From: a virus
Reading direction: 5' to 3' (one strand)
IMG/VR virus record: IMGVR_UViG_3300045988_120652
Length of the DNA stretch: 64,000 nt
The stretch's first letter is position 1. Every line of letters starts with the position of its first letter. Position numbers and translations under genes: made by a program. The notes beneath the pieces are model-generated. The model worked only from the letters and a program-made list of their open reading frames with translations, searched no databases and was not told where the DNA came from. Shown one piece after another: positions 43,901-52,317 of this stretch.

Positions 43901-44115
43901 ATATTGCGGAATCATCCGCCACAATCGCCCCACAGCTGTCCGCAACTGATGAAATGTTATCTGCACAAGCCAATACTAATATTGCGCTCCTGCAAGCCGT
44001 AAACACGCTCCTGCAACGCTTGGAGCAGCCTATCGAAGCCAAGATTGATATGTATGGCCGTGGCAAACTCTACGACAGCATGACAAAGGCTAATCAGTTT
44101 ATGAAGAACAAGTGA
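37912..44115 (+). CDS. tail tape measure protein (2067 aa)
   Basis: Long coiled-coil stretches. TP901-type core (GSLTDIRKVSGLTMEQVKQLSTELAKIDTRTSVDGLAQLAYEASKLGV...). Central hydrophobic/Gly-rich segments. Confidence 0.85.
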   Translation: MATQKLAKVVITANASTAKKVLEEIDALVQKYTADIQKMTAAGQANTAECKQAERTLKALSQVQRDNIEDTKRLGEVVQDLANTKLRDLRRAMGSGKSALAGLTGSDADLKRAEQIRSEMKQVGDQMRLIEGQYVKIADGLKNVSNQSDQWLDKAIKQQRDLVGSLEKSDAGYQKNLSILKQLEAEEDRRKGKMGIVEARQTVTSQNASASDLRRAKTTLTEARDNTPTANTGDIAQYNKELQEIEKRLEAVSGKTQKASMSWKQMKQVLAEPNKASGEDIKRTMEVIQQKIQQLPAGSKYVADLRRQYSMLEQTLKGTRMSQSALNDILARSKQGKASLDELRRAYKQLEEELNQINTKSKEFADRQKSMKELKKNIDEVTGAANKQGGAWHTALKNLTAYVGLFAMFNKAKDLVTGAIKKNLEYSGSLTDIRKVSGLTMEQVKQLSTELAKIDTRTSVDGLAQLAYEASKLGVGKYGVEGMAQFVRAADKINVAIGEEMGEKALPSLLKMTEVLGLIPKMGLEKSIEAVGSSMFKLASTSTATSNDITEFAKRCTGVARTAGITTDQLLALGSAFSAQMASPEVAATAMSKFIVALQKNHNLIEKDLAIPAGTINSMYQAGNAMDAIVLILEKMKEKGNMNALGEIFKDVGGDGQRLISSMVTMAKNVDMLKDHLYESQEAFREATAVGKEYSMQQMSAIGILERANNLWEKAFVNPDGVDAVKGMAEWWYEMSKTMTSSPLLKGTLQIALQMVLWTLKGVATLLPVIIGYMASQGVYSGLRLLYQYLAALGMAGKAMFQYVRALFAANAAQSTLNKTMKLNPWIALASIIIGVAGAIYGYTQRAKEAAAAAKEAQRQANAWRETLGQAAVETENLKEKLKNYKRMMGEENLSQKERQGLISRFNRDFRSYIDNLGIEIKNVKDLRDHYSELAQEAEKATYYRMREQAKQQALPKLDNDVNTASNAVMANVEKLGLDKLGVKFEDIYRWVKAGMSAKDITMKLAKMLPKDKSGLFDGFNWKIGKHGYIYRDTYDKNRKAGPASDFQTQQQIAQMYSDNLWFVNAYRRRGNTLNQINKAYKNFVDEDYQSTPPETPGTLDNNAKDKDAIAEEKRRENDQKRAWREDLQQKQDQAKAIMDDVDNYYDRQINAKIAQAISLNMDEAEQKQFVLPLKQNREIVRSQVRLAVAGKENKWEDAKKMMAADMVEQADETGVNLSKDLLDGILNNNIEGLHKLMGVLGKNLGMSMSSITAQIFAKSTRSEQELLKMQFKQMEARRKIAMEHDFTGIVQQNSYDNFNEMGYAAPTKEETTVTKKMVDGKEVLDTSAFDKRRKAIKDMYETARKSLAQLYTIDVSTTDGKGMLMKMLFGDDPDGMAARIKASLGESEESWKAFYLNLIQYSDDYAAAEKKKYDEAKRITDFWWSSNKRNLAQQERIRKMQNESNLFGKRTNLLSNLGLANLTADPEIELMKARMQAAEDYYAFVERNTKNKQLIDEAERARQEAELAYVNQMATAMKSRLSQMKELVQPIENFGAAVGQALAEMRYDAESANDAIKSALKSMLESWGKMALNDVNTQMWKAINDAAAKRGKDKAQPDIEAARANAKVNYTDFSGIDWHNFGTESNPLWVRWTGDHYENKSGDAVYTKEDGTPLPNPDGSVPQSNEPPRAWKKRHPDGTIDDYNKEIKSLGGQMGTSMAEQTGTAVAGAVTGNSGFGDAAAGIAMSGADALLNAQIKKPSKSEKEKKNQLKEEKKHQKDLTKETKKGLSDREKATDKGVKNITKTTEQGNDEQSKGTELAQKGLLAGTETFLNTSFQLKQKNNNEQAKADADLAEQQMTFSIAGAIGKCFQFLGPIAGPIAAAVVMSTLTGLMQWALSSAFNKKKSSSKGPNTKVVSGMLTYDSGNVQDLRPFVGNDGSLYWATEDNKPHNGVSLLTQPTATTINGHPSLVAENGPELVIGRETTQAMMMNNPQLLKALVNYDRNYSGRRAYDNGNIAESSATIAPQLSATDEMLSAQANTNIALLQAVNTLLQRLEQPIEAKIDMYGRGKLYDSMTKANQFMKNK

Positions 44116-44221
44116 CCTTGCGCAACAAGCAGTCCACGTCAAGCGGACTGCGATACATATCTTCCGCAAGCAATCTTTTCAAGTGACAAAGCATATATTC
44201 TCAAGCAACAAATCATTTATT

Positions 44222-44256
44222 AGGTCGTCGCGCCGTTAGGCGTGGCGACCTTTTTC
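44222..44256 (+). terminator. intrinsic terminator after the tape measure gene
   Basis: AGGTCGTCGCGCC-gtta-GGCGTGGCGACCT (with G-U pairs), followed by TTTTTC. Confidence 0.7.
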
Positions 44257-44992
44257 TATCATTCTTTTATTGTTTTCTATCATATAAAGAATAAACTTCA
44301 GTCCCCAAAAGTCCAAAATCTCGAATTTTCGTAACTACCTAATAATCATGGACTTTATCTGAAGTCTACTCTTCAAAAGTCCAAAAATCTACTAATTCAG
44401 GCTACTACTATATATAAATTTCGCCAATTTTCTTTCTTTCCTATTTTCAAAACTCCCCAACCCTAACAATATAATTAGTAGCATTAATGCCTATGGCGTA
44501 AATAGTTGATATTTAATAAGTTAAGGGGTATGAGAAAAGGCAACTAAGCGAGAGAAACACTATAAAAATGGCCTTATTTCTACTATTCTTTATATATTTT
44601 TTGTTCTTTGCGCTCGTATAAGTATATAAAAAATTACCCCGTTTTTAAACTTTTAATAGATAAATAGCGGAAAATCAGAAAGTTAAATCACTTTTTGAAA
44701 AATTCATTGGGGGGTCACGATGTGGATTTTGGGTGGACAGTAGAAGCGTTTTTCAAAATTACGAACTTTTCAGTTTTCGGCGTTTTTTTGGAAAATGGAC
44801 TCAAAGTTTAAAATTTGGACTTTTGGAGGCTGTAAAGTTCAAAACTAAACTTCAGACTTTGTACAGTTAAACAACGGTAAGAATTGTTGATAAATAAAAT
44901 AAAAGTTAATAACAATAGTAAGAATTGTTTTTATCAATTATAATTATTAAATTTGCAACGGTAAAATACAATGGTTACTAATTATATAAAAT
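44257..44992. other. long AT-rich non-coding region with CCAAAAGTCCAAA motif copies
   Basis: No ORF of 60 aa or more on either strand. Motif copies at 44305-44318 (+), 44374-44386 (+) and 44814-44826 (inverted). GTAAGAATTGTT occurs twice (44877, 44919). Confidence 0.6.
44936..44960 (+). promoter_or_regulatory. promoter copy shared with parA (AATTATAATTaTTAAATTTGCAACG)
   Basis: 24 of 25 nt identical to 6035-6059. Contains the -7 box TAAATTTG (44948-44955), 38 nt before the ATG at 44993. Confidence 0.55.
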
Positions 44993-46093
44993 ATGTTCGA
45001 CGAGATATGCTCCATATATCAAGATGCGCATGATGCCAAGGGAAAGTTTGTTGACCAAGAAACTGGCGAGTGCATCACGCAGATGTCTATCCGTGAGTTC
45101 TGCTTGACGGATAGATGGAAGCCCTATGTGCAGCATCTTCGCGCTATGCGCAAGGAGTATGGCAGTAAGGCGAAGCAGATGCCGGAGTATATCAAAACAA
45201 AGAAAAAGTTACCTGGTGCCACTCTTAGCGGCTTGTTCGCTCTATATGAAGATGACAGCCTTACACATCCAGGACAGCGGGTAATGGTGAGCCGTCGGGA
45301 GACCCACTTGAAGCAACATACCGGCTGGCTCGCCATCGACATAGACCTCGACGACAACAAGCACCTTACTCAGTTCGATAATGTGCGTTTTGTATGCCAA
45401 TATCGCCCTGAGATAGCCTTGCTGATGCGGTCATGCTCTGGCAGCGGATATTTCGGTCTTGTGCGCTTGGCTTATCCAGCCAGGCATAAAGACCAGTTCA
45501 AGGCCCTGTTGAAGGATTATGCTGCTTGTGGCATTACGCTTGATAGGTCGTGCGGTAATATAGGTCGTGTACGTTTTGCGTCATGGGATGATCCTGAGCA
45601 TATATATATCAATGAGAAGGCAACTGCCTATACGGGACTAAATGACCAAGTGGTGATGCCTCTGCCTTTGTCTCGCTTACATCATTCATCTTATGCGGAA
45701 ACTCGCCATGGATCTTCAGCTAAGAATGGTGTTGTCATTGGCGATTGGCATGATGACACCCCCGAAATAGTTTACCGTAAGGTGAAACGACTTGTTGAGA
45801 AGGTAGAGCAACAACATGTAGATTTGATGGCAGGACACGATGCTGGATATATAGAGTGGGTGTATTGTGGAATGTCTCTTTATCATCTGGTAGGGCAGGT
45901 TGGTTACGACTTCTGGAAGCGTGTATCGCGATTCCGTCCGGCGGATTCTACTTGCGGACACCATGAGAGCGACTTCGCTAAGAGGTGGCCGTCGTTTGCC
46001 CAATACTCCAATACAAAAAATTTCTTCTTCAAGCAGTGTATGGATAAAAAAATCACATTGACGAGGGATGATTTGTTGGAGATATACGGATAA
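44993..46093 (+). CDS. VirE_N/BT4734-like primase-polymerase-related protein
   Basis: WLAIDIDLDDN (acidic catalytic-like cluster), SGSGYFGLVRL and GNIGRVRFASWD resemble the Bacteroides BT4734-type N-terminal domain. Confidence 0.6.
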   Translation: MFDEICSIYQDAHDAKGKFVDQETGECITQMSIREFCLTDRWKPYVQHLRAMRKEYGSKAKQMPEYIKTKKKLPGATLSGLFALYEDDSLTHPGQRVMVSRRETHLKQHTGWLAIDIDLDDNKHLTQFDNVRFVCQYRPEIALLMRSCSGSGYFGLVRLAYPARHKDQFKALLKDYAACGITLDRSCGNIGRVRFASWDDPEHIYINEKATAYTGLNDQVVMPLPLSRLHHSSYAETRHGSSAKNGVVIGDWHDDTPEIVYRKVKRLVEKVEQQHVDLMAGHDAGYIEWVYCGMSLYHLVGQVGYDFWKRVSRFRPADSTCGHHESDFAKRWPSFAQYSNTKNFFFKQCMDKKITLTRDDLLEIYG

Positions 46094-46273
46094 AGAACCT
46101 AAGATTTCAACGAAACACTTTTTCACAAGCGTTAAATCGAAAACTCGAAAAGCGGCTAAAACACCCCGATTTTCGCAAAAAGCGAAGCCTATGCGAAGCT
46201 TACGCATATTTTACGGTTATTTTACGATCCTTTACTGATTGCTCAAATGTTAAAATTCAAACAAAAACGAGAT

Positions 46274-46771
46274 ATGAAATTAATAACAATTACCGGTCCG
46301 AGTGGTGCAGGAAAGGACACTGTGGCTCGGATGCTTTCCGACTTGGGCGGCTATAAAGTGATATGTTCTTATACCACCCGTCCGAAGCGTGAAGGCGAAA
46401 TTGACGGTGTGGAACATCACTTTGTGGAGAAGTGTGCTGTGCCGCACGACAAGATGCTGGCTTATACGCAATATGGCGGCTATGAGTATTGGACCACCGT
46501 AGAGCAGGTGGGCGACAAGGCTATCTATGTCATTGATGAAGACGGATTGAAGTCGCTTTGCAAGAAGTTTCCTGATATAGAGCTGTTCAAGATTTGCGTG
46601 TCGGCAAAAGAGCGTACACGTCTTCGCCGAGGCGTTACTCCTGAACGTATGGCACGTGACAAGCAGCGCAAGTGTCTGCCGTTATCGTTCTTCAATGCGG
46701 TAATCTTCAACAACGATTCGCCAAGCGATTTACAGGAAGAAGTGCAGCGTGTGAGATACATGATTGTGTAA
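46274..46771 (+). CDS. gmk: guanylate kinase-like nucleoside monophosphate kinase
   Basis: ITITGPSGAGKDT (P-loop) and SYTTRPKREGEIDGVEHHFV (the gmk signature S.TTR..R.GE.DG..Y.F). Confidence 0.75.
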   Translation: MKLITITGPSGAGKDTVARMLSDLGGYKVICSYTTRPKREGEIDGVEHHFVEKCAVPHDKMLAYTQYGGYEYWTTVEQVGDKAIYVIDEDGLKSLCKKFPDIELFKICVSAKERTRLRRGVTPERMARDKQRKCLPLSFFNAVIFNNDSPSDLQEEVQRVRYMIV

Positions 46772-46826
46772 GCATCGAGAATGAGAATGCACTATCTATT
46801 AAATAATCAACTAAAATTCATAAGCA

Positions 46827-47723
46827 ATGAAATTCACCGAGCCACAAGTAGAATGGTGGCAGCAGACCTCTCTTGCACAACATATAGCAAGAGTGGGCAG
46901 AATATGCTACAAGACTAAGGGCAAGCAGCCAGAAGAAGGAATGACCGAAGAGGAGGTGGAAGCCTTCATTCAGAAGCGCGACGAGGAACGCTGCAAGGGC
47001 TTCTGGGAAAGCGGACATCGCTCGATGTATCGTCACGGCACCGTCTACTTTTTCATGCCCAGCGAAAAGGGTCTTCCTAACTACATCTGGGCGTATCTGA
47101 ATGCTTCGCCTTACATCGACTATGCCACAAAGAACCATAAGGTATGGATCAGCACTAACATGCAGTTCATGCTTGAGAACAAGAATCTTATGGACGCGCT
47201 TAGTCCGTATGGTGTCAGCGAGGACGAGTTTATTGAGAAGGCTCAGAAGTACGAGTGTGAGGAGGCATTCTCCATTATCCGCATGACGCTGGTAGTAACC
47301 ACGCAGATAAGCACATCGCGCGAGCTCAACCGCACATCGCCCAACAGCATAGCCGAGCAAAGCACGCGCTACTGTAATATGGAGAAGAAGGGAGGCGTAC
47401 AGATAGCACGTCCGCATTGGTACGATGAAGGCACTCGTTGGCAGCGCATGGTGTATGGCTTTGTATGCCGAGTATGCGAGTGGGGCTACAACCGATTGCT
47501 GAAGGCGGGATTGAAGCCGCAGGATGCACGAGGTGTTTTGCCTCTTGACACCTATACCGTTGTGGCATATACATACACTATTGCCGACTGGAAGCATATT
47601 CTTGACTTGCGCTATCACGGCAAGACCGGCACACCGCATCCCAATGCAAAGATTGTTGGCGAGAAGATACGCAACATCATCCTTGAGCGTATGCGCCAAT
47701 ACTTTGCGGTGTTTGACATTTAA
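46827..47723 (+). CDS. thyX: ThyX-like (flavin-dependent thymidylate synthase family) with altered signature
   Basis: ELNRTSPNSIAEQSTRY aligns with the ThyX motif (..RHRx7S.RY), but RHR reads RTS. Overall size and the upstream SGHRSMYRHG segment fit the family. Confidence 0.55.
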   Translation: MKFTEPQVEWWQQTSLAQHIARVGRICYKTKGKQPEEGMTEEEVEAFIQKRDEERCKGFWESGHRSMYRHGTVYFFMPSEKGLPNYIWAYLNASPYIDYATKNHKVWISTNMQFMLENKNLMDALSPYGVSEDEFIEKAQKYECEEAFSIIRMTLVVTTQISTSRELNRTSPNSIAEQSTRYCNMEKKGGVQIARPHWYDEGTRWQRMVYGFVCRVCEWGYNRLLKAGLKPQDARGVLPLDTYTVVAYTYTIADWKHILDLRYHGKTGTPHPNAKIVGEKIRNIILERMRQYFAVFDI

Positions 47724-47747
47724 TCATCAATATAAACTATATATATC

Positions 47748-48137
47748 ATGGCGAATTTAACATTAAACGAATATCAGAACAAGGCAATGAGTACTTGTAT
47801 GCCTGAGAGTGACAATCTCTTCTATATGCTTGCTAATCTCGTAGGCGAGGTCGGCGAGTTTGCAAGCAAAGCCGGCAAGCACATGCGTAAGGGCAAACTG
47901 CATATAACTACAACACAACGCGACGAAGAAGGCAAGATCTTGCATACACAGGTGTGGAATGTATCTGACGAGGAACGTCATCTTATGCTTTCAGAAATCG
48001 GCGACATTCTCTGGCAGACTGCAGGACTGGCAAAAGTAATGGGCGTTACGCTCGAAGATGTGGCAGAAGAAAACCTCGCAAAACTTGCCTCTCGCAAGCA
48101 GCGAAATGTCATTGCTGGTGATGGTGACGAGCGTTAG
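47748..48137 (+). CDS. mazG: MazG-like nucleotide pyrophosphohydrolase
   Basis: LNEYQNKAM...LVGEVGEFASKAGK (EExxE-type) and EIGDILWQTAGLA...LEDVAEENLAKLASR. Confidence 0.8.
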   Translation: MANLTLNEYQNKAMSTCMPESDNLFYMLANLVGEVGEFASKAGKHMRKGKLHITTTQRDEEGKILHTQVWNVSDEERHLMLSEIGDILWQTAGLAKVMGVTLEDVAEENLAKLASRKQRNVIAGDGDER

Positions 48138-48180
48138 TATTTTACTTCGATAATCGACCTTATGATAAATAGCACAAATT

Positions 48181-49137
48181 ATGGCTAAATCAAATCCTAT
48201 CAAAGCGCGAGAAGAACTGGTGCGCAGTCAGCCCACCATCTACTCTTTCAACTTCCGTGATGTGCCTTCAAGCAAGTATGTTGAGACACTGGACGTGCTT
48301 TTTCATAATCCGGATTATAGCGAAGCCGTTGAGAAGCGCAATCGACTTGTAAAGTCTGCCGAACGTCTGCGTACTGGTTCAAGTGAAATGGCAAATCTTG
48401 TGCGTACCATCCAGCAGCATGACCGCAAATTGGCGGACACCATGTATGCCTCCATCGTGCAGACAAATCTACATTCAGAGGTTAGCTATGATTTTCTTTC
48501 GTTCGGCACTCTACTGAAGTACTACGTTGATTACAAGAAGGACGGTATGCGTGAGCGTGTTGACCGCATGGCAGCTAATCTTGATAAGGTTACGTTCCTC
48601 GCCGACATGCTTGAGAGTATTGTTACTGACGTGAAAGCCGATATGCGGGAGGTGTTTGATGGCAGCATTGAGTTCAATCAGTTTGATGCGGTACTGCAGG
48701 TCCTTACTCAATTAAGAGGATTCTTTAAGTCTGCCCGACGTGGCGATGCTGATTCGCCCGAAGCCCAACTTTATTTCGATTACTCCGACTCCATCAACGA
48801 GTATATCGAGAAACGACTGAAAACGTACACTGCCAAATATCGCAAGATACATCCTGTGGCTAAGGTCTACACCGAAGCCGACCTTGTGGAAGGTCTCAAT
48901 CAGTTCTTTGGTCGTAATGATAAGTTCGACATGAGCGTTATCGGTCATACCGAGTCAGGAGGTTGCTATATTGACTTGGCGCAGCTCTGTCTCCGTCTTA
49001 GTCGTAATGACATCGAGAAGATAGAAAAAGTGGTTGGAAAGATGCAGTCTAACAACATGACCGATGCCGCATTGCGCTACAGCTTCAATGCCACTGATTT
49101 AATTATGAGTCAATACAAACGGCCCAAACCAAAATAA
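48181..49137 (+). CDS. hypothetical protein (318 aa)
   Basis: ATG ORF. Confidence 0.6.
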   Translation: MAKSNPIKAREELVRSQPTIYSFNFRDVPSSKYVETLDVLFHNPDYSEAVEKRNRLVKSAERLRTGSSEMANLVRTIQQHDRKLADTMYASIVQTNLHSEVSYDFLSFGTLLKYYVDYKKDGMRERVDRMAANLDKVTFLADMLESIVTDVKADMREVFDGSIEFNQFDAVLQVLTQLRGFFKSARRGDADSPEAQLYFDYSDSINEYIEKRLKTYTAKYRKIHPVAKVYTEADLVEGLNQFFGRNDKFDMSVIGHTESGGCYIDLAQLCLRLSRNDIEKIEKVVGKMQSNNMTDAALRYSFNATDLIMSQYKRPKPK

Positions 49138-49145
49138 TAACCATT

Positions 49146-49880
49146 ATGCCTAACATTTACCTTCGCCTACCCACCAGCCGTTGCCAGTTTTTCCGCAATC
49201 GTGAGCCTAAGCACGTGCTTGCCAAGGACGAGCCGTTGGTGTTTAGTCCGTATATGCCTCACCACTTCGTACTGCGCAAGTATATAACCAACATTCCTGC
49301 CGTTGCACAAAAGGTGAACCCGCAATGCTTCTCACATCAACAATGGCGTAACATGATGCAAGGCAAACACCCCAACGGTGGTGAGATTGTCACAAAGCGC
49401 GATTCGCATGAATATTTGTCTTTTGACGAGGTGCAACGGTTTTATGGAATACAGGAATACTCTAAAAGTGACAAAGAAGACTATTTGTGTATAAAGCTAC
49501 CTTCGGAGGTAGAGGTGATAGACGTGGTTCGTCAGGTCACGCCGGCATGGAATCTGAGTACGCGCGGCATCCGTCAGTTGCTTATCATGCTGAACGACGA
49601 TTTTAAGCGTAGTGTCGTAGAATGGGCTTTAGCCACATTCGACTATTGCACATCCAACAAGCGTATAATTTGCCGTCGTCAGACAGCCATGCTTGAGCGT
49701 TTCTTGATGCGCTATGGCATAGACCAGAACGAGAACGAAAAAGACACCATGCGTCGCATCATCAATCGATGGCTAAGCTCGGATCATAGCAATTTCAAAG
49801 CCTATTCATGCGCTGATATGCAGTACATAGATGAAAGCGAGAAGGTTTACTTCGTAGATGATGTATTGTTCGATGATTAG
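49146..49880 (+). CDS. hypothetical protein (244 aa)
   Basis: ATG ORF. Confidence 0.6.
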   Translation: MPNIYLRLPTSRCQFFRNREPKHVLAKDEPLVFSPYMPHHFVLRKYITNIPAVAQKVNPQCFSHQQWRNMMQGKHPNGGEIVTKRDSHEYLSFDEVQRFYGIQEYSKSDKEDYLCIKLPSEVEVIDVVRQVTPAWNLSTRGIRQLLIMLNDDFKRSVVEWALATFDYCTSNKRIICRRQTAMLERFLMRYGIDQNENEKDTMRRIINRWLSSDHSNFKAYSCADMQYIDESEKVYFVDDVLFDD

Positions 49881-49949
49881 GGCAATGTAAACAAGAGTTA
49901 AATTGAAGTTTAAAACAAGTTAAAAAACAACCATTTTAGGTGTACAAAA

Positions 49950-50441
49950 ATGCAACTACCCAATAAATGCAAAGAATTGTTCCTTGATGGCATTACCGAT
50001 GTAATGTTTTATCCAATGGAAGAGTGTGTAATCCCTGTGCCGTTCAATATGGCACAAGTGTTATATATCAATAATTGTAGTTTGCCTGCCGAGCCTGCTT
50101 TGCGCTTGGCTACGAGTGGCGAAAACTACGTTATTGTAGAGAATCTTAAAGTGAAGATGACGCTCGCCAAACAGGGCAATGGCACTATATATACCTATGA
50201 TATTAGTGCTAATGTGGTAAATGGAGGCGAAAATGTGCGTGAAGCCTACAGAAATATGCGCGATAAGGAGTATTATGTGGTGTTGCGCAAGCTGGACGGT
50301 TCGTTGCAGTTATGCTACACCCTACCCCATACATTCGGTATTGGTGGCACCTCGGATAATAGCCAGACTGAGTTGGCGCGAACCTTCACAGCCACCACAC
50401 AAGCCTTGTCGGAGCCAATACCTATCACGCTTCGAGAATAA
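49950..50441 (+). CDS. hypothetical protein (163 aa)
   Basis: ATG ORF. Confidence 0.55.
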   Translation: MQLPNKCKELFLDGITDVMFYPMEECVIPVPFNMAQVLYINNCSLPAEPALRLATSGENYVIVENLKVKMTLAKQGNGTIYTYDISANVVNGGENVREAYRNMRDKEYYVVLRKLDGSLQLCYTLPHTFGIGGTSDNSQTELARTFTATTQALSEPIPITLRE

Positions 50442-50485
50442 AAGATGTGAGCCATTTTTTTTGATACCTTATAATATAATGTTTG

Positions 50486-50517
50486 AGCCGCTATTCGTGA
50501 GAATGGCGGCTTTTTTT
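50486..50517 (+). terminator. intrinsic terminator, conserved-apex family (copy 5)
   Basis: AGCCGC-ua-UUC-GUGA-GAA-ug-GCGGCU followed by U7. Confidence 0.75.
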
Positions 50518-50625
50518 GTCCTAATGTTAAAAACCTTGGTCTTTAATTTTGCATACGGATAACATAGGCAACCAGGTAAAAGGGTTGTATTCAGGATAAC
50601 ACAACACAAAACACAGATTTTACTA

Positions 50626-52317
50626 ATGAAAGGCTTATTTGAAATACTTACCGAAAAGAAGTGGATGGTCAGTCCCGACTTTGTGCATGGTATTCGCAAG
50701 TCGCTTGAGCATAATCTGAATACTCATGCGACTTTCAGCAAGCCGGAGAAGACTTGTGGCTATGTCACAGCTAAGGATAAGGATGGCAACATCTATTATC
50801 CAGAGGAATATCAGGTTTCAGAGGATGGTACACAGGTGAGAGGCAACTGGTGTCTGGGCCTCCCTGCTGATGACGAGGATGCGCAGACGTTTCCTTTCGT
50901 TTCGGTTCTTACTGTTGACGGCCCTATCACACGCAACGGCGGCTATTGTTCGTATGGTTCAATAGACCATCGCGACATGATGATGCGAGCAGCCGATCAT
51001 CCTCTTTGTCGTGGTCATGTTTTCATCATCAACACTCCTGGCGGTTCTGCTTGGGCAAAGAACGATTATGCTCTTGCCATCGACTATGCCCACTCAAAGG
51101 GTCAGAAGGTTATAGCCTTGGTTGATGGTCTTTGTGCTTCAGCTGGTATGTACTTCGCTTCGCTTTGCGACGAACGCTATTACATGAATACGAAAGACCA
51201 GGTTGGTTGCATCGGTGTAATGGCAGCGTTCTATACTCTTGCCGATGGCACGGTAAATCAGTTTACCGATGAAACTTATCACGAGCTTTATGATCCGAAG
51301 TCGTTTGACAAGAACAAGGCTTATCGCGACCTCGCTAATAAGGATGATGACAAGGAACTTATCAAGGAACTTGCTGATCTTGGTGTTGAGTTCCGTGCCG
51401 ACGTAAAGAAAGCTTGCCCTAATGCTACCGACAAACATCTGCATGGCAAGGTGTTTAATGCCGAGGACGTGAAGGGCATTCTGATGGATGGTCAGTCATC
51501 ATTTATGGGAGTGGTGCAACATGCCTTTGAACTTTATGATGGCAGAGCCGAACTTATCAACCGTGAGCAGACGGTTGAGCCACAGAACGAGCCGGAGAAT
51601 GAGCCGGAACCAGAGAAACCGGAAGCAACCAACACAAACACTAATATAAATATGGAGAAATATCCTCTTATTTGCAAAGCTTGTGGATTGCAGGCTGGCG
51701 AGATTGCCGTTACTGAGGAGGGCGCGTATATGAACGCCTCGCTTCTTGACTCTCTCGAAGCTCACATGAAGGAAGTCGAGCAGAAGGTGACTGATGCCGA
51801 GCTGAAAGCCACCACAGCGGAGAACGCTCTCGCAGAATTGCAGGGCAAGTTTGATGAACTCTCCGCCAATGTAAACGCAGCCAACGAAGCAAAAGCAGTC
51901 GCGGAGACCGCACTCGCCCAGGCTAACGAGGCTCACAGTACAGAACTAAGCGACCTTAACGCACAGCACACCGAGGCTCTTGCCAAGAAGGACGACGAGC
52001 TGAAAGCTCTCGCCGAGGCAAAGGGCAAGGAGATTGCCCAGCTCACAGCCGACAAGACTGATGCCGAGGCAAACCTTCAGACTGCTAAGGACGCACTCGC
52101 CACAGCCGAGCAGTCGCTTGCCGACAAACAGGCTCAGATAGCTGCCCTCACCAATGAGGCTGGCGAAGAGCTAAACAGCGGCGAGGCTCCTGAGAACAAT
52201 GGCGAGGGAGCTAACATAAAACATGCTCAGACCGGCTATCCAAAATGGAACCAAGCCGATCCCGTAGGCTCAAAGAAGGCTATCGACGAATACAAACGTA
52301 AGAACGGTATCCTTTAA
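50626..52317 (+). CDS. S49 (SppA/ClpP-fold) prohead protease fused to an Ala/Glu-rich coiled-coil scaffold
   Basis: VFIINTPGGSAWAKND and VDGLCASAGMYFAS (Ser nucleophile context), then CIGV. The C-terminal 200 aa are AELKA.. coiled coil. Confidence 0.8.
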   Translation: MKGLFEILTEKKWMVSPDFVHGIRKSLEHNLNTHATFSKPEKTCGYVTAKDKDGNIYYPEEYQVSEDGTQVRGNWCLGLPADDEDAQTFPFVSVLTVDGPITRNGGYCSYGSIDHRDMMMRAADHPLCRGHVFIINTPGGSAWAKNDYALAIDYAHSKGQKVIALVDGLCASAGMYFASLCDERYYMNTKDQVGCIGVMAAFYTLADGTVNQFTDETYHELYDPKSFDKNKAYRDLANKDDDKELIKELADLGVEFRADVKKACPNATDKHLHGKVFNAEDVKGILMDGQSSFMGVVQHAFELYDGRAELINREQTVEPQNEPENEPEPEKPEATNTNTNINMEKYPLICKACGLQAGEIAVTEEGAYMNASLLDSLEAHMKEVEQKVTDAELKATTAENALAELQGKFDELSANVNAANEAKAVAETALAQANEAHSTELSDLNAQHTEALAKKDDELKALAEAKGKEIAQLTADKTDAEANLQTAKDALATAEQSLADKQAQIAALTNEAGEELNSGEAPENNGEGANIKHAQTGYPKWNQADPVGSKKAIDEYKRKNGIL

